Assembly (NCBI GenBank): GCA_017443175.1
Contig: JAFSOZ010000003.1
Coordinates: 289,892-353,891, forward strand
From: Bacteroidales bacterium
Lineage (GTDB): Bacteria > Bacteroidota > Bacteroidia > Bacteroidales > WCHB1-69
Direction of reading: 5' to 3'
DNA length: 64,000 bases
The position numbers and the translations under genes are program-made. Below the pieces are notes generated by a model. It worked only from the letters and a program-made list of their open reading frames with translations. It did no database searches and was not told the DNA's origin. Positions 9,977 to 17,028 of this stretch are shown piece after piece (positions within the stretch are counted from its first letter, which is position 1; each line of letters opens with the position of its first letter).

Positions 9977-11329
9977 ATGAAAAAACAATTTTTATTTGTT
10001 CTAATCCTCGCAGCAATTTGTATAACATCTTGTCAAACAGGTTCTTTCGCCTACTACGACGACATCTACTCCTCATCGGGCGATGACCAGTACAAGATCA
10101 TGCGTGCGGAAAGCCAGAACAAGCCCGCAAACAATCCGAAGACCGTCACCTATTATGAGGAGATTCCGGCTCCGGATTCTATCTCCTATCAATACAATGA
10201 GGATGGAAGCATCGGCACCACCTATTATTATAATGAAGACGATTACTACGACTACTATTACACCTCCCGCCTGCGCCGCTTCCACACGGATGTATATAGC
10301 GGCTGGGGATATTACGATCCTTATTTCACCAATCTGTATTGGTATGACTACTGTCCATCAAACTGGGGCTTAAGCATTTACATGGGTTACAACTGGTGGT
10401 GGCCAAACTACTACTATCGTCCGTATTACTATAATTACGGCTGGTATGACTATGGTTTCCGCTATGGTTGGGGCTGGGATTATTACAATCCTTACTGGCA
10501 CAACCACGGATGGGGATGGTACCATCACCACAACTGGGCTATCGACTATTATCACAACAACTATGACCACAACCACTCGTTCTATTATGGTCATCGCAAC
10601 AGCATAGGACCCGTTTTGGGAAATCAAGGAAACGACGACAGAGGTATGCGTCCCAATTTCGATTACAGCAACAGTAACAACGACAACAATAATCACTACT
10701 CTGTTGTTTCCTCTTCACCAGCCTCATTCAGCGATCGTTACGATGGTTTAGCCGCATCTTACAGTCCTTCGGGGGGCGGCGGTTCCAGCTCTGGTTCCCA
10801 TAATCCTTCTTCAAGACCCACCACACAACCTACTCCTACTCCTACGCCTCGTCCTGCCAACACACCAGCCTCCGCAAGCACAAACCGGACAAATGTAAAC
10901 ACGAACAACAGTCGGACTTACGACAATAATCCGACCTCTAATTCAACCCCCAACACCCGTCCCAACTACAATTCTTCCAGAACTCCAACAAACACATCTG
11001 CCTCCACTTCAAGACCTTCGTCCAACAATAGCCGGAGCACTACTACCTGGACAACTCCGAGTTCCTCCACCCACGACCGTCAGCCGAGCAACTCACACAA
11101 CAGCCGGCCAGGTTCTTCCTACAATCAAAGCAACACTTCCAGACCAAGTTCAACTTACAATAACTCAAACTCTTCCAGATCTTCTTACAATAATTCTTCT
11201 TCCAGAAGCAATTACAGCTCCCCGTCCAGCAGCAGCAGCTCTTCTCGCAGCTCATACAGCGGATCCTCACGAAGCAGCAGTTCGTCATACAGCAGCAGCT
11301 CTTCACGCAGCAGCGGGGGAAGACGATAA
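9977..11329 (+). CDS. Lipoprotein of extreme low complexity: Tyr/Trp/His/Asn/Gly-rich core followed by a Ser/Thr/Asn/Pro/Arg-rich tail
   Basis: ATG 9977 gives MKKQFLFVLILAAICITSC, a lipobox with Cys. The core contains YYYRPYYYNYGWYDYGFRYGWGWDYYNPYWHNHGWGWYHHHNW. The tail ends ...SSSSSSSRSSYSGSSRSSSSSYSSSSSRSSGGRR. I recognise no family. Confidence 0.7.
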   Translation: MKKQFLFVLILAAICITSCQTGSFAYYDDIYSSSGDDQYKIMRAESQNKPANNPKTVTYYEEIPAPDSISYQYNEDGSIGTTYYYNEDDYYDYYYTSRLRRFHTDVYSGWGYYDPYFTNLYWYDYCPSNWGLSIYMGYNWWWPNYYYRPYYYNYGWYDYGFRYGWGWDYYNPYWHNHGWGWYHHHNWAIDYYHNNYDHNHSFYYGHRNSIGPVLGNQGNDDRGMRPNFDYSNSNNDNNNHYSVVSSSPASFSDRYDGLAASYSPSGGGGSSSGSHNPSSRPTTQPTPTPTPRPANTPASASTNRTNVNTNNSRTYDNNPTSNSTPNTRPNYNSSRTPTNTSASTSRPSSNNSRSTTTWTTPSSSTHDRQPSNSHNSRPGSSYNQSNTSRPSSTYNNSNSSRSSYNNSSSRSNYSSPSSSSSSSRSSYSGSSRSSSSSYSSSSSRSSGGRR

Positions 11330-11363
11330 ACAAAATGGTATTATCATCTTAAATCTCACAACA

Positions 11364-12869
11364 ATGAAAAGGATTTTAACCAGCATAGTAATGTTGTGCC
11401 TAATCAGTACAACTTTCGCACAAGGGGACTATGAGGCATTCCGTTTCTCCCAGATCGAGTACCAGGGAACGGCACGTTACATGGGTGCTGGCGGAGCATT
11501 CAGCGCCACAGGCGGAGAGTTTTCCGCCATTAGCGTAAATCCCGCAGCCATTGGACTTTACAAGCGCCACGAAGCTTCCATTACCCCATTATCTTTGGCC
11601 TTTACCAATAACAATTCCACCTATTACGGGGAACCCAGCTTTACTCAAAAAGCCAAATACACAGTTCCTCAATGCGGACTGGTCATCACCAACCACATCG
11701 ATAACTCCAATTGGAACTACTGGCATTTCGGTTTCGGGTACAACCGCATCATGGACTATAACAACACGTTCCGAGCCAATGCCCCTGTTAACAAATCTAT
11801 GGCTGACGTCATACTTCCACACGCCAACGGTATCGCTTACAATGCGCTTACTGGTGATGCTTCTCTGGCATGGAGCACTTGGCTGATAGACACAATACCT
11901 GGGACTAACAATCAGTATTATAGCCCTTTCACAGACGCAAAACTCAACAATGAAGCACTTGTAAAAACCTCCGGAGCCATGGATGAAATCAGCTTCTCCT
12001 TCGGCGGCAATTATTCTGACAAACTCTTCATCGGTGCCACTCTCGGCGTGCCCGTGCTCAGCTACAAAGAGGTCATTTCCTACGCCGAATACGCCACTGA
12101 TTCCGCCACCTTGGCCAAAGGAATCGCCTCTTTCCAAACCAACAGCGCTCAACAGAACTCCAGTGCCGGTATCAATTTGAAATTAGGCGTTATATATCAG
12201 CCTGTCAGTTTCCTGCGTTTAGGCGCATCTTTCCAAACTCCTTCCTATTTCTGGAAAGTCAAAGATTCGTACAGCCGGGATATGATCTCCTACTATACCA
12301 ACGGCAAGAATTCCGACACGTGGAGTTATGACAACAACTATCGCTTCTCGCTCACCACTCCGCTCAAATTCAATGTAAGTGCCGCATTCCTCATCAACAA
12401 AAGAGCATTCATATCCGCTGAATACGATTTCATCGACTACTCCATGGCCAAACTGTACGCCGACGACTACAATTTCAACACAGAAAATCAGGCTATTGAC
12501 AACAAATACGGCATCTGCAACACATTCAAACTCGGTGCCGAAGTAAACGTCACCTCCAAGTTCCTGTTGCGTGCCGGTTACAACTACAAAACCTCTCCTT
12601 ATAAAAACTTCAAATCCAGTTTCAACGGAAGCGCACATTATGGTTCTGTCGGCTTCGGAATCCGCACCAAATACGTCTTCTTTGATTTGGCCTACGTGCT
12701 GAAATACTCCAAAGACAGCTACTGGTTGTATCCCGATACGGTCCAATATCTTACCGCCAGCGAATACCAGAACCTTATTCAAAACAGTCTTCCCGACCGT
12801 TACACCTCTGCCATCTCCACCAGAGGCATATCCCACAGAATTGTCGCTACAATCGGTTGCAAATTCTAA
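11364..12869 (+). CDS. FadL/TodX/OMPP1-like outer-membrane beta-barrel channel
   Basis: Signal peptide ...TFAQ, then a FadL-type N-terminal hatch pattern: YEAFRFSQIEYQGTARYMGAGGAFSATGGEFSAISVNPAAIGLY (G-rich, NPA). The rest has alternating aromatic beta-strand character and ends in a terminal ...GCKF. Confidence 0.6.
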   Translation: MKRILTSIVMLCLISTTFAQGDYEAFRFSQIEYQGTARYMGAGGAFSATGGEFSAISVNPAAIGLYKRHEASITPLSLAFTNNNSTYYGEPSFTQKAKYTVPQCGLVITNHIDNSNWNYWHFGFGYNRIMDYNNTFRANAPVNKSMADVILPHANGIAYNALTGDASLAWSTWLIDTIPGTNNQYYSPFTDAKLNNEALVKTSGAMDEISFSFGGNYSDKLFIGATLGVPVLSYKEVISYAEYATDSATLAKGIASFQTNSAQQNSSAGINLKLGVIYQPVSFLRLGASFQTPSYFWKVKDSYSRDMISYYTNGKNSDTWSYDNNYRFSLTTPLKFNVSAAFLINKRAFISAEYDFIDYSMAKLYADDYNFNTENQAIDNKYGICNTFKLGAEVNVTSKFLLRAGYNYKTSPYKNFKSSFNGSAHYGSVGFGIRTKYVFFDLAYVLKYSKDSYWLYPDTVQYLTASEYQNLIQNSLPDRYTSAISTRGISHRIVATIGCKF

Positions 12870-12875
12870 TCAACT

Positions 12876-13661
12876 ATGAACAAATGCGTTGTCATCACCT
12901 TTCTGATAACCATATCCATTGGTTTAGGACAAGCGCAATCCTTGTTCGATGCAACGTATGACCACTTCACAACCGACAATCAGAACAATATCTACACCTG
13001 GAGGGGGGCCAGCCTGACCAAATATTCAACCCAAAACACACCCGCTGGAGAAGTCCTGTGGGTGTTTGACAAACCCGTATATGGCAACATCTCATCGGTA
13101 GATGCCAATGTCATCAAAACCCTTGTCTTCTATCAGGAATCCGGCAAAATAGTGTTGTTAGACAACACCTTATCCCCTATCGGGAACGAACTTGATCTTT
13201 TCGAGCACGATTTGACCTCTGTAACACTGGCCGCACTCTTCGGCAACAATCGAATCGTCTTGTTTGACGAGACCAACCAGGATCTATACATCACAGACCT
13301 GAACCTGAACGTCGTCTCCAAAACACATTGCTCTTTCCCAGAAGAGATTGCCCCGTTCAGCCTGCAATCAGAACCCGACCATTGCATCATGCTGATAGAC
13401 TCCATGAAAGGCATATTCTTTTTCGATAGATTCGGCACATTTGAACAACGACTGCCTATAACGGGTATCCTTTCCGCCCAACTGTCTGGAGAGAACATCA
13501 TCTACCTGAAAGACAACACTCTATATCAATACAATCGTAAAAAACTAGAACAATCACAGTCCTATCCATCTTTTATTTCCAACAGCAAAGAACTCCGCTT
13601 AACAGGATCCTGGCTGTTCATTCTGGACAAGGACGGTATTCTACACACCATACAAGATTAA
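12876..13661 (+). CDS. Secreted hypothetical protein (repeat/beta-rich, possibly propeller-like)
   Basis: Signal peptide MNKCVVITFLITISIGLGQAQ. It starts 6 bp after the barrel gene. No recognisable motif. Confidence 0.6.
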   Translation: MNKCVVITFLITISIGLGQAQSLFDATYDHFTTDNQNNIYTWRGASLTKYSTQNTPAGEVLWVFDKPVYGNISSVDANVIKTLVFYQESGKIVLLDNTLSPIGNELDLFEHDLTSVTLAALFGNNRIVLFDETNQDLYITDLNLNVVSKTHCSFPEEIAPFSLQSEPDHCIMLIDSMKGIFFFDRFGTFEQRLPITGILSAQLSGENIIYLKDNTLYQYNRKKLEQSQSYPSFISNSKELRLTGSWLFILDKDGILHTIQD

Positions 13662-13682
13662 GATCAAGAGACCACAAGCACT

Positions 13683-14942
13683 ATGAGAAGATACCTCTTT
13701 ACAATCGCCCTGCTATTGAGCATAATTCCGGCATTCAGCACCCATATCCTGATTCCGATGGATTTGGAGCAAAAAAATCATCTGAAAGCATACGGAATAG
13801 CCTATTACGCAGTAGCCCATCAGATTGACATGAGCTGGCTCCTGAACTACCGCGGAGGCAGCTTCATGTGCGCGTACAATGATGCTGTGGAAAACGAATG
13901 CCGTGTCCGTGGCGTTTCATTTCAGGTCATCGCGGACATACAGGCCCAACAGATTCTCAGCGAGATTGCGGCTGTAGAGAACAATATGAACGAAATCCGG
14001 CTCACCAAAGAGCCCAAGATCGCCGTTTACTCGCCAAAGAACAAGCTTCCTTGGGATGATGCCGTTACTTTGGTGCTCACATACGCGGAAATCCCCTATA
14101 CCGTGCTTTATGACGAAGAGGTAATCAACGGTGAATTGCCCAAATATGATTGGCTGCACTTGCATCACGAAGACTTCACCGGACAATATGGTAAATTCTG
14201 GGCCAGCTATCGTAATGCCAAATGGTATATTGATGATGTGAAAGAGAATGAAGATCGGGCCGCACGATTAGGATTTGCAAAAGTTTCACAAATGAAATTG
14301 GCTGTAGCCAAGGGTATCCGTGACTTTGTGGCTGGCGGCGGCTATCTATTCGCCATGTGCTCCGGTCCCGACAGCTACGACATCGCACTGGCCGCCGAAG
14401 GTGTGGACATTTGCGATGTAATGTTCGACGGCGACCCTATGGATCCACAGGCCCAAAGCAAACTCAACTACGACAACTGCTTCGCCTTCACCAACTTCCA
14501 TATCGTCACCAACCCATACGAGTATGAGGTTTCGGACATTGACGTGAAGCCTACCCTGCACATGACGAACAAGAGCAACGATTTTTTCACCCTGTTTGAG
14601 TTTTCCGCCAAATGGGACCCTGTTCCCACCATGCTTTGCCAGAACCATCTAACCGTCATTCCTGGGTTCATGGGCCAAACCACGGCCTTCCGCAAAGCGG
14701 TCATAAAGCCCACCGTCACTATCCTGGGAGAGTCTGCTCAATTTGACGAGGCGCGATACATTCACGGGGAGTATGGCAAAGGCACCTGGACCTTCTATTC
14801 CGGCCACGACCCTGAAGACTACCAGCATTTGGTAAACGACCCACCTACCAATCTGGACCTCTTCCCGAATTCGGCGGGATACCGCCTGATTCTGAACAAT
14901 GTGCTATTCCCTGCAGCCAAGAAACAGCAGCAAAAGACATAA
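13683..14942 (+). CDS. Secreted hypothetical protein with class-I glutamine-amidotransferase-like / DUF4159-like features
   Basis: Signal peptide ...IIPAFS. The pattern KIAVYSP...WDDAVTLVL...KYDWLHLHHEDF...VAGGGYLFAMCSGPD resembles the GATase1-like (ThuA/DUF4159) fold. This assignment is tentative. Confidence 0.55.
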   Translation: MRRYLFTIALLLSIIPAFSTHILIPMDLEQKNHLKAYGIAYYAVAHQIDMSWLLNYRGGSFMCAYNDAVENECRVRGVSFQVIADIQAQQILSEIAAVENNMNEIRLTKEPKIAVYSPKNKLPWDDAVTLVLTYAEIPYTVLYDEEVINGELPKYDWLHLHHEDFTGQYGKFWASYRNAKWYIDDVKENEDRAARLGFAKVSQMKLAVAKGIRDFVAGGGYLFAMCSGPDSYDIALAAEGVDICDVMFDGDPMDPQAQSKLNYDNCFAFTNFHIVTNPYEYEVSDIDVKPTLHMTNKSNDFFTLFEFSAKWDPVPTMLCQNHLTVIPGFMGQTTAFRKAVIKPTVTILGESAQFDEARYIHGEYGKGTWTFYSGHDPEDYQHLVNDPPTNLDLFPNSAGYRLILNNVLFPAAKKQQQKT

Positions 14943-14944
14943 AA

Positions 14945-14972
14945 AGACGGCGGTGCTATCGCACCGCCGTCT
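14945..14972. terminator. Bidirectional rho-independent terminator between convergent 13683-14942 and udk
   Basis: Perfect 12-bp stem agacggcggtgc / gcaccgccgtct with loop tatc, flanked by an A-run and a T-run. Confidence 0.8.
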
Positions 14973-14979
14973 TTCCTTA

Positions 14980-15594
14980 TTATATGATTCCCAAAGTCTG
15001 CTTTATTTTGGACGTCAGGATGTCAATTCCTTTCTCATTTTCCGCTCCTATCGGAATGATGATGTCCGCTAACCGCTTGGAAGGTTCAATAAACAGTTCG
15101 TGCATGGGTTTCACAAAATTCTGATAGTGGATGATGGATTTATCAAGTCCGCGCCCTCGCTCATTGACATCGCGCTGGATGATTCGGATCAAACGCTCAT
15201 CGGCATCCGTATCCACAAAAACCTTGATATCCAAGTTTCTGCATAGGGGCTGGTCTGTAAAAATCAAAATACCTTCCACAATGAGCACATCGCAGGGATT
15301 CACAGGAATGGTATCCTTGCCTCGAGCACAAGTCACATACGAATAAGTAGGCATCTCAATAGTATGGCCGGCACGTAATTCATCTATATGGTGTACTAAC
15401 AGTGGCCATTCAATAGCGGACGGATGATCGAAGTTGATTTTTTCCTTCTCTTCTTGCGGCAGATGACCATTATCTTTATAATAGGCATCCTGCGAAAGTA
15501 CGCTCACTTTCTCTTTTGGGATGCTTTGGATGATTTTCTTCACCACGGAAGTTTTGCCCGAGCCCGAGCCGCCTGCGATACCAATTACTAACAT
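14980..15594 (-). CDS. udk: Uridine kinase
   Basis: MLVIGIAGGSGSGKTSVVKKI P-loop and uridine kinase length. ATG at 15594 (cat 15592-15594). Confidence 0.9.
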   Translation of the reverse strand: MLVIGIAGGSGSGKTSVVKKIIQSIPKEKVSVLSQDAYYKDNGHLPQEEKEKINFDHPSAIEWPLLVHHIDELRAGHTIEMPTYSYVTCARGKDTIPVNPCDVLIVEGILIFTDQPLCRNLDIKVFVDTDADERLIRIIQRDVNERGRGLDKSIIHYQNFVKPMHELFIEPSKRLADIIIPIGAENEKGIDILTSKIKQTLGII

Positions 15595-15621
15595 AGCTTT
15601 TGATTTTAAGAATGACAGGCG

Positions 15622-15629
15622 CAAATATA
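15622..15629 (-). promoter_or_regulatory. -7 promoter box TATATTTG (minus) for udk
   Basis: Plus-strand caaatata, 28 nt upstream of ATG 15594. Confidence 0.5.
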
Positions 15630-15642
15630 AGATTTTTTAAAC

Positions 15643-15669
15643 AAAAAACACGCCCGATTGAGCGTGTTT
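15643..15669 (-). terminator. Rho-independent terminator after tRNA-Gln
   Basis: On the minus strand: AAACACGC-tcaatcgg-GCGTGTTT followed by TTTG. Confidence 0.7.
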
Positions 15670-15685
15670 GAATTTTATTTTTCTG

Positions 15686-15756
15686 TTGCCCCGATAGGAC
15701 TCGAACCCATACAAACAGAACCAGAATCTGCTGTGCTACCATTACACCACAGGGCA
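15686..15756 (-). tRNA. tRNA-Gln (anticodon CUG)
   Basis: Hand-folded cloverleaf. Acceptor TGCCCTG/CGGGGCA, D arm GTGT-AATGGTA-GCAC, anticodon stem GCAGA/TCTGT with loop TTCTGGT, and T arm ATGGG-TTCGAGT-CCTAT. CCA is not encoded. Confidence 0.8.
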
Positions 15757-15771
15757 ATTCGTTTGAGCGCG

Positions 15772-15779
15772 CAAAAATA
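15772..15779 (-). promoter_or_regulatory. -7 promoter box TATTTTTG (minus) for tRNA-Gln
   Basis: Plus-strand caaaaata, 16 nt upstream of the tRNA 5' end. It lies in the loop of a 13-bp inverted repeat (15757-15769 / 15797-15809). Confidence 0.5.
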
Positions 15780-15831
15780 CATTTTTTTTTGAAACACGCT
15801 CAAACGAATTTGATTTTTTTATTTTTTTCTT

Positions 15832-16959
15832 TTATGAGACGAAGACCACTTCATACCAGAGGTACCCACTCACGACAACCTCCTTGTAATATACGTTGTC
15901 CACTTTGAAGTACACATTGCCTTCAAGGACAATCTCTTCGTAGTTGCTGGGCAGTTCTGCCACACGGGCTCCGATAGGAGGGGCGACCACTTCGTAGTCA
16001 TTTTTTCTCGGCACATAGAAGGTTCCATCATCGTAGTAGTAAGTCACATTTTTGTGGATTACGATTACCGGCTTCCAAGTGTTGAAGATGCTGTAGGCAA
16101 TCACGGCACCAATAGGCGGGCGGCAGATTACATAGTAGCCATTGATATAGCGGCAGAAGAGGCTATTGTAGAAGTAGTATGGCATACCATGATAGTAAAC
16201 CGGACGGATGTGGCGCGGAACCGTCATGTGATGACCGAAGTTGTGGTGATTCGGGTGCACATAGGGTGCCGGCTTGGGACCATGAGCAGCTCCAGCGTGG
16301 CTTCCGTGATGTTGCGGAGCTGGCTGCGGACGAGCCTGTCCATTGCTTGTATAACCTCTTTTAGTGTTATCGCCGGCTGTTGTAGGAGCAGGACCTCTGT
16401 CATTGGCCGAAGATGCCGTTGCGGGAGTGGTAGAAGTTGCACGGGCAGGTGTACTCGCTCTGTTAGCGGTGGAAGATGATGGCGTTGCCGAGGCCGGAGT
16501 CTTGCTGTTCACCGTAGTGGTTCTGCTCGGAGTAGCCGCACTGGTCTGTCTTGCAGTTGACGATGAAGTGGCAGCCGGACGTGCCGTACTGGAAGATGCT
16601 GACGTGTTAGTTCTGTTGGCCGCACTATTGTTCACCGTAGAAGTTCTGCTTGACGTAGCTGAGCTGGCAGGTCTTGTGGTTGTTGATGTCGCAGGACGGG
16701 AACTCGGAGTTGTCTGACGCACACTTGTGGCAGGGCGAGCCGTAGAGCTGGATGACTGAGCACGTTGATAGCTGGAATTGGCTTTATTGAGTTGAGTGTC
16801 ACCTTTACGCATTTGGCGAGCTGACTGTGAGCTGACTGTGGTAGTTTGAGTTCTACTACTGCTGGGGGCAGTTTGCCGTGCAGGCGCCTGGGCCATAGCA
16901 TCTGTGCTGATCAAACTTGCAACACAGAGCATTAACGACAGGATTACATTCTTTTTCAT
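15832..16959 (-). CDS. Secreted protein with a long Ser/Thr/Ala/Arg/Pro-rich low-complexity region and a His/Tyr-rich C-terminal globular domain
   Basis: ATG 16959 gives MKKNVILSLMLCVASLISTDAMAQ. Degenerate repeats SSSTARPA(A)TS follow. The C-terminus reads ...HHNFGHHMTVPRHIRPVYYHGMPYYFYNSLF...PPIGARVAELPSNYEEIVLEGNVYFKVDNVYYK. Confidence 0.65.
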   Translation of the reverse strand: MKKNVILSLMLCVASLISTDAMAQAPARQTAPSSSRTQTTTVSSQSARQMRKGDTQLNKANSSYQRAQSSSSTARPATSVRQTTPSSRPATSTTTRPASSATSSRTSTVNNSAANRTNTSASSSTARPAATSSSTARQTSAATPSRTTTVNSKTPASATPSSSTANRASTPARATSTTPATASSANDRGPAPTTAGDNTKRGYTSNGQARPQPAPQHHGSHAGAAHGPKPAPYVHPNHHNFGHHMTVPRHIRPVYYHGMPYYFYNSLFCRYINGYYVICRPPIGAVIAYSIFNTWKPVIVIHKNVTYYYDDGTFYVPRKNDYEVVAPPIGARVAELPSNYEEIVLEGNVYFKVDNVYYKEVVVSGYLWYEVVFVS

Positions 16960-17028
16960 CTCTTTGTGTTTTTGATTGTGAATAAAAACACTCATAAGAC
17001 GAAAGACTACACTGAACGTTTAACCACC

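Noticed and set aside
15476-15757. 93-aa ORF overlapping tRNA-Gln, and the 62-aa ORF 51450-51638 overlapping tRNA-Asn
   Set aside because: Both run through well-folded tRNA genes and their terminators, so they are spurious.
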